NCBI GenBank assembly: GCA_964016885.1
Contig: OZ024743.1
Span: forward strand, 311,612,001 to 311,676,000
Reading direction: 5' to 3'
Length of the DNA: 64,000 bases
Source: Eledone cirrhosa
Taxonomy: Eukaryota
A model generated the notes under the pieces. It had not been told where the DNA came from, did not search any database, and worked only from the letters and a program-made list of their open reading frames with translations. This document shows positions 13,516-26,829 of this stretch, in pieces (the first letter of the stretch is position 1; each line of letters starts with the position of its first letter). The position numbers and the translations under genes were made by a program.

Positions 13516-14411
13516 TAAGTATGTATACGTACATACATATATGTATACAGACGCACAGTATATGCACATATATACACACATGCACACACACATATATGCA
13601 CGTATGGATTTACCGAACATTTATTATAATGCTCGGTTTGTTTGTAAACAAACATCCCGAATTAAGCCGTACAGTGTTTAGCAACCATCGTTGCTCGTTT
13701 GCTCAACACTGACAAAGGAACGATGTACCAGCCTCAAGCCCCTCAGCCATCGCCAGCACTGTACACCTTCCCGCCAGATGACTGAACGTCTGAAAGTATA
13801 TACTTTCCTTATGCATATCAACGGCTGAGTAGCCTAATTTGCATATCGAGTGAGTTAATCGGCCGGGCGCACCGAAAACGATAAACGGAAAAAATGAAAT
13901 AAAATTTCATTTCTCACTCTTAGTACGGCTGTTACTTAAATATAAGTATGTATACGTACATACATATATGTATACAGACATTTTTTCCGTTTATCGTTTT
14001 CGGTGCGCCCGGCCGATTAACTCGCTCGATATGCAAATTGGGCTGCTCAGCCGTTGGTGTGCATAAGGAAAGTATATGCTTTCAGACGCTCAATCATCTG
14101 GCAGGAAGATATACGGTGCTGACGATAGCTAATAAGCTTGAAACTAGTACATCGTTCCTTTGTCAGTGTTGAACAAACGAGCAACGATGGTTGCTAAACA
14201 CTGTACGGCTTAATTCGGGATGTTTGTTTACAAACACACCGAGAACTATAATAAATGTTCGGTAAATCAATACGTGCATATATGTGTGTGTGCATGTGTG
14301 TATATATGTACATACTACTGTGCGTCTGTATACATATATGTATGTACGTGTACATACTTATATTTAAGTAACAGCCGTACTAAGAGTGAGAAATGAAATT
14401 TCGTTTCATTT
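13516..14411. mobile_element. Non-coding hammerhead-bearing element (family B) as an inverted pair, unit about 427 bp
   Basis: 13516-13979 with terminal direct repeat (taagtatgtatacgtac at 13516 and 13943) followed by an inverted copy 13981-14411; relatives at 25982-26177 and 62910-63290. Confidence 0.85.
14113..14155 (+). ncRNA. Minimal type I hammerhead ribozyme (family B)
   Basis: acggtg-CTGACGA-t agct aata agct t-GAAA-ctag-TA-catcgt; stem III palindrome ACTAGT. Confidence 0.78.
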
Positions 14412-14451
14412 TTTTAAAATAAGACTCCAGTTGCATTTTCGATTTCATCTT

Positions 14452-14556
<105 letters not shown>

Positions 14557-14624
14557 ATGTGTGTGTATAACACCATCATCATCGTCTGGTTTAACGTCTT
14601 TACTTGTCACAAGAATTGGACGTT

Positions 14625-14655
<31 letters not shown>

Positions 14656-15049
14656 ATGTATGTGTGTGTGTATGTGTGTGTGCATATGTGAGTGAGTGTA
14701 TGTATATATGTAAGTATGTGTGTATGTGTATATAAATATATGTTATGTTATATTACTTATGAGAAAATGGTATACATTTTTAAATTATAGACCTCCGTTA
14801 GTCTTCAGTTTCACGTCAAATCACTAGTCTCAAGAATCTTAAGAATAAGTGGAATTACGTGTGCTAGAATAAACATTAAATTGGATGAGATTTGATAACT
14901 TGGTTTATTTTCCACTTTTATATGACTTTGTAATTGAAGTATCGTCTTTATATTTAATATGAGTTAATTAAATCTGAGTTAATTGACTCATGATGCCTTG
15001 TTAATTAATGAATTAATAAGTAGATCAATAAATTTAAGAAAGAAATAAT

Positions 15050-16515
15050 AATAATTGTTTCTACATTTAGCACAAGGCTAGCAATTACCCAGTACATTAT
15101 TGGTACTTTATTTTGATGTAAGGATGAAAGGCAAAGTTAACCTCGGCGGGATTTGAACTCAGAATGGCAAGGGCCGTAACTCTATGCGTCAAAGCATGGC
15201 GTCCGACCCTCTACCGATACTGCCAATCCACGGCCCTAAAGAAATAATAATAATAATGGTTTCTGATTGAGGCACACGGCCAGCAATTTGGAGGAGGGAA
15301 AAGTCGATTAAATCTACCCCCAGTGTATTACTGTTACGTTATTTTCTCAACCCCGTAAAGATGAAAAGCAAAGCTAACCTTAGCAGGAGGTTAGAACATA
15401 ACAGAACGTAACCATATACAGAAAAACATGTTCAATACTCTATCCATACTTCTAATCCACCGTAAATAATTGTTTCTACTTTAGACACAAGGCCAGCAAT
15501 TAACCAGTGTATTACTGGTACTTTATTTTATCGACCCCGTAAGGATGAAAGGCAAAGTTAAATAATTGTTTCTACTTTAGGCACAAGGCCAGCAATTAAC
15601 CAGTGTATTACTGGTACTTTATTTTATCGACCCCGTAAGGATGAAAGGCAAAGTTAAATAATGGTTTCTGATTTTGGCACAAGGCCAACAATTTTAGAGG
15701 ATGGGAAAAGTCAATTAAATCGACACCAGTTCAATAACTGGTACTTTATTTTATTGACCTCGTAAGGATGAAAGGCAAAGCCTATCTCGGTGGTATTTGA
15801 ACTCAAAATGTAAAGGATCATAATATATATTCGTTTCTACTTTTGGCACAGGGCCAGCAATTATCCAAGTGCATTACTGGTACTTTATTTTATCGACCCC
15901 GTAAGGATGAGAGGCAAAGTTAACCTCGGTGGGATTTGAACCCAGACCGTAAAGGGTCGTAACTCTGTGCTGCAAATCATGATGTCTGACGCTCTACCGA
16001 TACTGCCAATCCACCATAGTATATACAGCTAAGCATGTTGTCCGACGCCCTAACAATCCTGCCAACCCACTCTATTGATAATTGTTTCTACTTTAGGCAC
16101 AAGGCCAGCAAATTGAAGGGGAAGGGAGAGTCGATTAAATCAACCCGAGTGTGTTACTGGTACTTTATTTTATCGACCCCGTATGGATGAAAGTCAAAGC
16201 TAACCTCAGCGAGATTTGAACTCAGAACATAAAGCGCCATAACTCTATGCTATAAAGCATGTTGTTGACGCTCTAATGATCCTGCCAACCCACCACCCTC
16301 ACCCACTGTATTAATAATGGTTTCTTTTATAGGCACAAGGCCAGCAATTTTGGGGAAGGGGAAAGTCGATTAAATCGAACCAGTATGTTACTGGTGCTTT
16401 ATTTTAGGCAAAATTAACCTCGGTGGGATTTGAACTCAGACCGTAAAGGACCGTAACTCTATGTTGCAAAGCATGGTGTCCGACTCTACCGATACTGCCA
16501 ATCCACCGCTCTTCC
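15050..16515 (-). mobile_element. Head-to-tail cluster of about 8 full and truncated copies of the main SINE
   Basis: Repeated aattgtttctac..ggcacaaggccagcaatt..gtactttattttatcgaccccgtaaggatgaaaggcaaag..gatttgaactcaga blocks. Confidence 0.9.
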
Positions 16516-17050
16516 GCTGTATAAATAATAAATAGTCTTGTGTACCAAGATCAAAATATATATTAATATTTCGTTCATTGATAATGTCTCGGCTGTATTT
16601 TAATGCTTCATGGATGTTTTTATAAATCTTTCCAATTAATATGTTTGAAGAAATGTTTCATGAGGGCAGGTATATAAATATTTGGTTAACATTAATATCG
16701 AATGAAATCTTATTTTTATGCTTTTCAAAACTTTCCAATACTCTGCTTTATTCTCCTTTGGCATGGCTGTTGATCAGACAACCGAATATTGTAATCATAT
16801 AAATATTATCAAAGTACACAACAAACTTGGCTGGGTTAGATTTCATGCTCCTGCTATCAAATTACACATATAATACTTTCATCCTGATTTTTATGAAACT
16901 TCATAATACATATGTGCTGAGGAAAGAGACGATGGAGTGGAAGAGACAAGAGCGAGAGAAATATAAACAAATAGAAAGTAATATAGAAGAGAAGAGCGGC
17001 AGAGAGAAAGAGATAATCAGGTAAATATATATATATATACATATATATAC

Positions 17051-17248
<198 letters not shown>

Positions 17249-17294
17249 CTGTGTGTGTATTTGTGTCGGTGTTGTGTTTGTTCATGTGTGGGTA

Positions 17295-17385
<91 letters not shown>

Positions 17386-17431
17386 GTATGCGATATATAT
17401 GTATATATATATGTATAACCACTCAGCCACA

Positions 17432-17528
<97 letters not shown>

Positions 17529-17878
17529 GGATTCGCATCGTGAGGTTGGGAGTTCGATTCCTGGACCGGGAAATTCGTTATGTCCTTGAGCAAGACACTT
17601 TATTTCACGTTGCTCCTTCTACCTGGAGTTGCGACCGATAGATAGTATTAGCAATTGGAAAGACCTATGGAAACATTGTTTCCTCGGTCCGATTTGACGC
17701 AAGTCGACCGACTGTCGACGTATGATGGCTGTAACTCGATTTCGACTTATGCTATCGCTTGATGCTTAAATATTAGCAGCACGGACGTAGCCAGTCCTGC
17801 AATGAACTGGCCTACACTATTGGATGCAAACAAAGTGTCAGGTTTTATATCAGAGTTACGTTTTCCTAGAGACATAAG

Positions 17879-17964
17879 AATTCAAGCTAAGTTTCTGTAG
17901 ACAGGTTCACACTGGGAGTGGGGGCACTCCTGGTGAACTTGTCTACAGAAACCTAGCTTGAATT
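17879..17964. repeat. Fold-back palindrome (arms about 32 bp) with inner hairpin
   Basis: aattcaagctaagtttctgtagacaggttcac / gtgaacttgtctacagaaacctagcttgaatt; inner ggagtg/cactcc. Confidence 0.85.
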
Positions 17965-18903
17965 ATTTCTGCCTTTGTTCTCTAAATATAGTTTTTAAAG
18001 AATTCCCTTTTCTTTAAAACCATCAACCAATGACCTCCACCCATCCCAATCACCACCCTCTACTACCACCAGAAAAGGTATAAATACCATCACATTGCTC
18101 GGACAGTCGGGTTCCTGATGATTTCTCCCGAATGAAACAGTTCTAGTCCTGTAGAAGTCATTTCTATATTAAATATATATATATATACCCACTCACTTAT
18201 ACGTATATGTGTAGATTGAAATACAGAAGGACAAGGTGTATGAAAATGAAGTTTATAGGGGTAGATAACTGCGTGTTATAATTTTCTATATATGAACAGT
18301 TTTTCAAAGGTTTTAAATATATATCTTCTCATACGTCAATGTATATCCATGTAGTAGTTGATGAAGATCAGTTAGCTTGCATTGTAAAATTTAATTGTGA
18401 TGTATCTTATAAACAAATGTATGTTTGCTATTTGCATAAGTGTCGTATATGGTATGGTCCCGTAACTTCTGATATAGTCGTAGGGGCGCTGTATTGACAT
18501 ACGGCGTTTCGTGGGCATTTTAAGCCTGGCAGAGCCCATCACTCTCCGGGCCTGAGTACAGTAGATTTCTTCCAGAGAGAAGAAGAATCGACCTCTGTGC
18601 TAGACTGGTACTTTTTTAATGACCTCGAAAGGATGAAAGGAAAAGTTGTCCTCGGCGGGATTTAAACTCAGCGAGAAGGGAGCTTGAACGAATACCATAA
18701 AACATACTATCCGACGTTCTGACGATTCTGCCAGTTCAACACCTATCGTATATACTTTTAAAAAAATCGAAATGGAATGGAGATATCAAGAGATATTTAT
18801 TAAATCATTTCCATACCATATACAAATAGTTTCAATTCTTACACAGAAACTCTCACACACATCTCAGTCCCAATCACGCATTACATTATTGTACGACATA
18901 TAC

Positions 18904-18960
<57 letters not shown>

Positions 18961-18968
18961 TATATTAT

Positions 18969-19700
18969 ATATATATATATATATTATCTTATTCTATTAC
19001 GTGTTCCAGCTGAGAGGCTGAGGCAATGCTCGAGTACCGCCATTAATGCTATACTTTCTATAGCCAGCTTTCCTTGCAATAAAGTGGAAGTTGTTGCTGC
19101 CGCCATTATTTGTGCTTCGCCGCGTGCTGTGGGTTCACCAGGGTTCTTGGTCAGTAGAATTTCGAGATGTATTTAGAAAACTTCTACTTGCACAGCATGT
19201 AGATCTCTCAGATTTTTGCCAGCTTCTTAAAAAGCTGGGGTCCCTTGAACCCCAGATTATTGTAGTATTTGGTCCTTATTCTTGATATAACGGATGGGAC
19301 CTTTGGCACTACCAAAGGGCGTCCTGTTCGTGGGTTGGTTCTACCTTCAATGCCGAAGTTTGGTGCTAACACTTCCAGGGTCTTCCATACTTATATCGCT
19401 GTGTATCTCTCCTATTTTCGCTCCAGGGAGTAAAGTTTTAGTTTTTTCAGCCACTCCCAGTTGCTTATCTCTTTCATTGCGGCAATTCTCTTGGTAGCTT
19501 CGTTGGAGCGACCACAGCTGAAAGCAATAGTCCAGTCGGCTGAGCACGAACTTCCTCCAGAAGACCTATATAGTTTCCGGGTCTCTTGTCCTGAAAGTCT
19601 TCAGAATCCAACTCGCCAGTCCTCTACACATTGCTGTCATTTTGTTTATGTGTGCATGAAACAATACATCATTGCTCTTGTCTGTACCCATACATGATAG
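18969..19700 (-). mobile_element. CR1/L2-type LINE RT C-terminal remnant
   Basis: FRTRDPETI..VLSRLDYCFQLWS..SLQRSYQ..YII segments in shifted frames. Confidence 0.65.
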
Positions 19701-20229
19701 CTGCAAACTGCTAAGAGTACTACAATCGCTTGTCAGATTATAGCGTTTGGTGCACTTTTAGGCTACGGCCAGCCGCACGAATCTGTAACATATCCTGAAC
19801 AAGCAATTCCTGTGCTTTGAAGGTTTTTTTAAGTGGGAAAAGGCCTTGCACTCGACCATTCCCACTCTCTGAGCATCGAAGACACTACCCGAAAAGAAGA
19901 ACTGGTCAACATCATCAGATGCTTTCTTCAGAGTTTCCCTCTCCCAGAAAGGTGTTGTGACAAAAACTGGGGGCCTTTTACTCCCAGATGAAAAAAAAAA
20001 GTAGTATTTAGTTGGTCGTTCACTCTGCTGAGTTCATCTGCCCTTTGCCGGGTCTTGTATTTCATCCCAAATATCACCCTCCTCACCAAGCAAGCTTGGT
20101 GGGGTTGCCGGTTTAGTGACCGACGACCCGACTATGAGACAGGTTGTACTTGGTTACATGTTACCAGTAGTAACCTGACATACATACATATTTACAGATA
20201 TGCATGCATACATACATAAATACACAGAT

Positions 20230-20305
<76 letters not shown>

Positions 20306-20323
20306 ACACATATATGCATACAT

Positions 20324-20397
<74 letters not shown>

Positions 20398-20467
20398 TAG
20401 CGAGGTTTTTTTATATGAAATCGTGTCTGGCAATATTACACAAATATGACCCTCCCCAAGTATAACA

Positions 20468-20548
<81 letters not shown>

Positions 20549-20768
20549 AAATATAAAACAATCAAATTTTTGCTTAATACATTTAATTGCTGCCGATCGT
20601 TTATTCCAGACAAAACTCTCTGGATCATCGGAGCATACACAATGTTTAAACAAGTAATTACAATCCTAGTCCTTCAGAACATTCATTAAGATACATTACT
20701 ATTGACAGTGTCAGTGACATCATATTGAAAAGCAAGAGTGACAAAATAATATATTATACAGATGGCAA

Positions 20769-22826
20769 AGTATTAGGAGTTGTTGTGAAGAGGTTATTAC
20801 ATATATATGTATAAGTATTTTCGTAGAAAAGATAAAGGAAAGAAGAGTGCTCTATGTATTGTACATTTATTTACATCATAAATAACACAATATAATTATT
20901 TCATAACCGAAGCTAGACGTTTTTGTCAGAATCATCTAGTTTTCTCGAAATCTTCGGTAATGGAATAATTATATTGTGTTATCTATATATATAAAACTGT
21001 GGTTGTCTGTCTGTCTATCGATTTTTGGCACACATCTCCTCTTAGAATCTCTCACGGAATTGCACCGAAATTGCTATACTTGTACATTGAGCCCTAGCGA
21101 AGACATCGGAAAAAAAACAATTTCAAATTGACCCACCCTATGTGACGAAATCGAATATAATGTATCGATTTTTGAGCGTAAGTTATCAGTTATTTCCCTT
21201 TGTTCTGTTTACATTGAGCGTCTTACGTAAAAAATTACGCTGGCTTTAACAGTTGTCGAGCCAGCAAAATATTGACCTGCAAAATTCATCAGTTCGAACA
21301 CTAAGCTTCCGTTTTGCTTCATTTCCATTTAAAAGCATTTTAAAACAATATTTTTACTTGAAAACAAGTCTATTTAAAGACTACGTAAAACAAGCAAATA
21401 TTTCGTCGTTAGGCGTGCAGACAGACAGTCGGGCAGACAGACAGTCGTGCAGACAGACAGTCGTGCAGAGAGGTGATATACGCGTGCAGACAGACAGTCG
21501 TGCAGAGAGGTGATATAGGCGTGCAGACAGACAGTCGTGCAGAGAGGAGATATAGGCGTGCAGACAGACAGTCGTGCAGAGAGGTGATATAGGCGTGCAG
21601 ACAGACAGTCGTGCAGAGAGGTGATATAGGCGTGCAGACAGACATAACTGATAATTTGGTTACGCTAATGTTTTTCTCTGCGTTGCAGTGTTTACATTTT
21701 CGATCTTTGTTAATAAATAACCAGTGCAGTTTCTATCCCCAGCATCCTCTTTTGTTATAACATTCGGGTTATCGTTATGTTTTCTTAACTTCATAAGGCA
21801 TACCTGCAAAATTCATCAGTTCGAACACTAAGCTTCCGTTTTGCTTCATTTCCATTTAAAAGCATTTTAAAACAATATTTTTATTTGAAAACAAGTCTAT
21901 TTAAAGACTACGTAAAACAAGCAAATATTTCGTCGTTAGGCGTGCAGACAGACAGTCGTGCAGAGAGGTGATATACGCGTGCAGACAGATAGTCGTGCAG
22001 AGAGGTGATATAGGCGTGCAGACAGACAGTCGTGCAGAGAGGTGATATAGGCGTGCAGACAGACAGTCGTGCAGAGAGGTGATATAGGCGTGCAGACAGA
22101 CATAACTGATAATTTGGTTACGCTAATGTTTTTATCTGCGTTGCAGTGTTTACATTTTCGATCTTTGTTAATAAATAACCAGTGCAGTTTCTATCCCCAG
22201 CATCCTCTTTTGTTATAACATTCGGGTTATCGTTATGTTTTCTTAACTTCATAAGGCATATTGTTAGTTGAGGGAATATTAATCAAAAACACCACATGCA
22301 AGTCTGCACAGTAGACACTACAGTTTTTAAGCCAAAAAAGAAACTTAACATTGTAACTTTAACACAGCTACTGAGCGACCCCGAGCAACGCCGGGCTTTA
22401 CTGCTAGTAACTGATAATTTCGTTACGCTAATGTTTTTCTCTGCGTTGCAGTGTTTACATTTTCGATCTTTGTTAATAAATAACCAGTGCAGTTTCTATC
22501 CCCAGCATCCTCTTTTGTTATAACATTCGGGTTATCGTTATGTTTTCTTAACTTCATAAGGCATATTGTTAGTTGAGGGAATATTAATCAAAAACACCAC
22601 ATGCAAGTCTGCACAGTAGACACTACAGTTTTTAAGCCAAAAAAGAAACTTAACATTGTAACTTTAACACAGCTACTGAACGACCCCGAGCAACGCCGGG
22701 CTTTACTGCTAGTTTATGATGTAAATAAATGTACAATACATAGAGCACTCTTCTTTTCTTTATCTTTTCTACGGAAATACTTATACATATATATGTAATA
22801 ACCTCTTCACAACAACTCCTAATACT
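20769..22826. repeat. Fold-back palindrome interrupted by a Helitron
   Basis: Left arm 20769-20912 is the reverse complement of 20952-20981 plus 22713-22826. Confidence 0.9.
20982..22712 (+). mobile_element. Non-autonomous Helitron with internal tandem duplications and a 37-bp minisatellite
   Basis: 5' TCTATATATATAAAA; 3' hairpin cccgagcaacgccggg followed by CTAG; inserted between A and T without TSD; 37-bp unit aggcgtgcagacagacagtcgtgcagagaggtgatat at 21411-21645 and 21938-22103. Confidence 0.88.
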
Positions 22827-23099
22827 GTATATATATAAACAGTTTCTGTCTACCAAATTTTCCCATTCACAAGTCACTGGTTAATTTGTGACTATACCAG
22901 AAGTCGATTGTCCAAGATACCACGCAGTGTGACTGAAACCGAAACTACGTGGTTACGAATTGATTTCCTTAACAACTCAGTTATACTGGCGCCTATATCA
23001 TGAATTTTTGATATTTTAAAATATCCCAATTTCGATTAGAATATTGAAACGCTTCACTCCATTAATTTTAACTGACAAAACAACGAGTATTCTTATACA

Positions 23100-23700
23100 A
23101 TCATATCCCACCCTCCTTGGTCGTCCAGTGGGATGCTCCACTGATTCCACACGTCACTTCCATTCACTACGGTCATTCATGATGGTCTTCAGCTCCTCTA
23201 CTGTCTCTATCTCTGTGCCCTCTAGTAGAGTGTCCACGTAAGTGATTTTTCTCCTTCTACAGGTTCTCCCCTCAGTAAGTTGCCAAAGTACTAACTTCTT
23301 TTCCACCTCATCAATATGTCTGATGTAGTAGCCTACGAATTGCAACCTTCCTCTGCAGGTTCATCGCTCAGTAAGTTACCAGAAGATTAACTTGTTTGTC
23401 ACCTCATCGTTGTGTATGATCGAGTGGCCTGCGGGTCGTATCCTTCTTTGTTGAACTTTTAATGAAACGTTTTGAAGATCATCATAAAGTTTTGCATTTT
23501 TTATATAGCTTCTCCGTGACACATTCAGTGCCATTCTAAGCCTTCTGGTGTAATATCCATCAAATTGTCTTTTTGAGGCTTCTATCAGTGTCCATTGTTT
23601 CTTTAAGTGCCTTTATAAGCTCCATAAAGTAAAACATATTCTACTGTAACTATGAACAATCTAATCTTCAAATTTCTTGATAGCTAGGAGCTCTATATCT
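23100..23700 (-). mobile_element. RTE/RTE-X LINE 3' remnant
   Basis: LQFVGYYIRH..KLVLWQ..GR..RRKITYVDTL..L..IMNDRSEW motif. Confidence 0.7.
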
Positions 23701-24104
23701 TTTTTTTTTATTTATGGCATGCTGTTCACATTAATCTTAGAAAAAGGAGTGTGTTTAATGGTAGGAATTTGTGTCTCTTTACTCTGCCTTATCTACTGTT
23801 GTTCAGAACAAACTAGTTAAAGTACTGCTTTAACTTAATATTTTGATTTGAAAAAAAAAAAGAATTATAAAACAGATTCAAACCCTTTTCTGGAATTTTA
23901 TCTTTTTTTAAAAGGAAAAAATATTTTTTATTGAATAATATATATACATAGATATTACAAATTACTCACAATTCTTTCAGAATAACATTACAAATAAATA
24001 CAGTTTAATGGAAAAAGAAAAAAAAGAAAATTTCGATTGAGAAGAATGGAATGTAAAATAGACGGGCCAACTTATCGTTTTCTTGCTGCCATCAAATTAT
24101 TAAT

Positions 24105-25565
24105 GCTTTCTTTATTAACCACAAGGGTTTACACACAGTAAGATATTAAGGACAATACAGGACAATACAGGACGGTACAAATGGGCATTTCTGCGTGTAA
24201 AAACAAAAACAGAGGATGTAACAAAAAAAGAAACAATGAAAAATTTCCCAATAGGGGGGGGGGAGACTTCCGAGGGACATTCGTGAAGAAAGCCCATTAA
24301 AAAAGCCACGGTGACCCTGACCACCAGGGTAAGTGCCCTCTCCCAGTTTTCCACCTTCAATTTTCAGGCACATACTCACTCGGGCCATTCTTGCCTCTCT
24401 CACCCATCTTTCAATAAAATACTGGGAAAAGAGCACTTGCCTCTCTACCCTGATTTTCCTTTTCAAATGAAATTTGAAAAAGTCAATCAGGGCATCACCG
24501 AAGAGGTAAGTGCTCGTCTTCAGCCCTTCCAAACGGATCCACCATACTATCTCTTTCGCCATGGCCATCAGACTGATAAAAACTGCCTGCCCTTCCCGGT
24601 TAAAGGAAGGGGGCGGGGCAATCCTCACGATGGACTCAGCTGATAGCCGGATCCGTCCTACACGCGACAGCAGGTGTTCCACATAAACCCATAAGTCAGC
24701 AATGCTCGGATACTTGACGAGTGCGTGCAGGGTGGTTTCGTCGCCCTGCACACATCTCGGACATGCCCGGCTGACGGCACTTCCATGCTTGTAGAGTTTA
24801 TCCCGAACTGGCAAAGCTCCTCAGTAGCACTGCCAGGCCACGGATTTCTGGAAGTTCTCCATAGGCCCCGGCCCGAAAGTTCTTCCTAAGAGATTGACTA
24901 GTTGATTTTCGTCGACGCCTAGAGTTTCCCCTAGTACGTCGTCGCTCTTCCCCTCCACTAATCCTCTATAGAACGCCAAGGTGGAGTTTCCACCGATTAC
25001 ATTTCCCGACTGGTCGAGGGCTGTGAGCGCCTGAAGACATTCCAGTCTCCAAGATGTTGAACGGTTCCGAAAGGTGACCGTTCACTCTCACTACAGAGCA
25101 GATGTCGCCGTGCATGGCAGCGATCCAGCCTCTGAAGAGGGGCCCAAAGCCAGCCGCCCTCAGGACTGCCGCCAGATAACGATGGTCGACAATATCGAAA
25201 GCTTTCGACTGATCTAAATTGACCAAGAACCCACCCGTGCCAGGTTCCCTACCTACCCTCTCCACGATATATCGCATGAGGGGGAGGTTGTTGTAGATGG
25301 ATCTGTCTGGAATGGCGGATGTCTGTGCCTCTCCCACCAGACCACCAACGACAAGCGCCAACCTCTTTGCTAGCACCTTGGCCAAAATCTTGAACTCTGT
25401 GTTTAGCAGAGTTATGAGCTTGAAATTATCTATGTTATCCCCTTTGTCCGGATCCTTTCTCAGCAGCGCCACCGCTCCTCAGCACACAGAGCTGGGAATT
25501 CTCCCGTTCTGTTGCCAGTTGCAGTAGACGTCCGCCATGAGGCCTCCGAACGAGTCTGGAATCTG
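24105..25565 (-). mobile_element. Tx1/L1-clade LINE, 5'-truncated and internally deleted
   Basis: RT N-half (LITLLNTEFKILAKVLAKRL, LDQSKAFD) in 24966-25472 joined near 25045 to the zf-RVT region (LPVRDKL..CPRC..ETTLHAL) in 24146-24814; AATAAA at the 3' end. Confidence 0.88.
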
Positions 25566-25636
25566 TACTTAAACTATTAATACTAATACTACAACTACTG
25601 CCACAACAACTACCACCACCATTACCGCTACCACCG

Positions 25637-25698
<62 letters not shown>

Positions 25699-25906
25699 GC
25701 CACTACAACGACAACTACTGCTACTATTGCTACTACTGCTGCTGCTACTACTACTAAGAGTAAATGTGACATTTTCATGAGTTTCAGTAAAAATTATATA
25801 TGCTGAATGTTACATGAAGTATATATCATTTTCTTATATCTATGTATGTACGCCGCACATGCAAATGGATGTGCGTCTACATGTACACATACATACACAC
25901 ATGTAT

Positions 25907-25963
<57 letters not shown>

Positions 25964-26829
25964 TAGATATATATATACATATAAGTATGTATACGTACAA
26001 GCATATATGTATACAGACGTACAGTAGTATGTGTATATATATGTGTGCATGTATGTATATATATATACATACTACTGTACGTCGGTATACATATATGTAT
26101 GTACGTATACATACTTATATTTAAGTAACAGCCGTACTAAGAGTGGGAAATGAAATTTCGTTTCATTTTTTCCGTTTATATATATATATTTATATATATA
26201 TATATATACATTTATATACATATATGTGTGTGTGTGTGTGTGTGCGCGTGTGTGTGTATGTATGTGTGTATGTATTTGTGTGTGTAAGTATGTGTATATG
26301 TAGACGCACACACACACGCGCGCGCATATAAAGTCTCGCACATGCACACCACCTCCACATCGAACACAAATTGAAAATGCGCACATATAAACACATACTT
26401 AAAACCATATTTAAAATCTCTCACACACACACTCATGCATACACACATACACAAATAAATGCAAATACGACACTTTCCCACTAGCTCTCTTGTCTTTGAA
26501 AGAAAAATTTGCATTTTGAGCATTTTTTGGTAAATAAAAAATGCATCGCATAATAAAAAGTATCTTGATTTATTCTTATTGTAATTTCGAACGTTTGCTA
26601 CAGGTTTTTTTTTTTTTTTTTTTTTCTTGTAGAATAAGAAAAGGGACAGCTTTTTGTATTTTATTTTCATTTTTTTTTTTTTTTTGTAAATACGGAAGCT
26701 TTATTTACGAGAGGAATTATTCCACATTTTGGTAAAGAAGAAAATAAAATGTCTCAAGATATTTTTAGAAACCGATTTGCTTTACGGTTTATTCACTGTA
26801 ACATATTTCAAATGGAATTGTTGATTGAC

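Noticed and set aside
16540-16860. Possible extra GPCR exon with an acceptor-like site
   Set aside because: Stops in all three minus-strand frames, and no exon is needed between the two phase-matched exons
18115-18150. CTGATGA..GAAAC hammerhead-like core
   Set aside because: Stem I does not pair convincingly and only one copy is seen
21411-22103. 37-bp repeats resembling a CRISPR array
   Set aside because: Units are contiguous with no unique spacers; eukaryotic Helitron minisatellite
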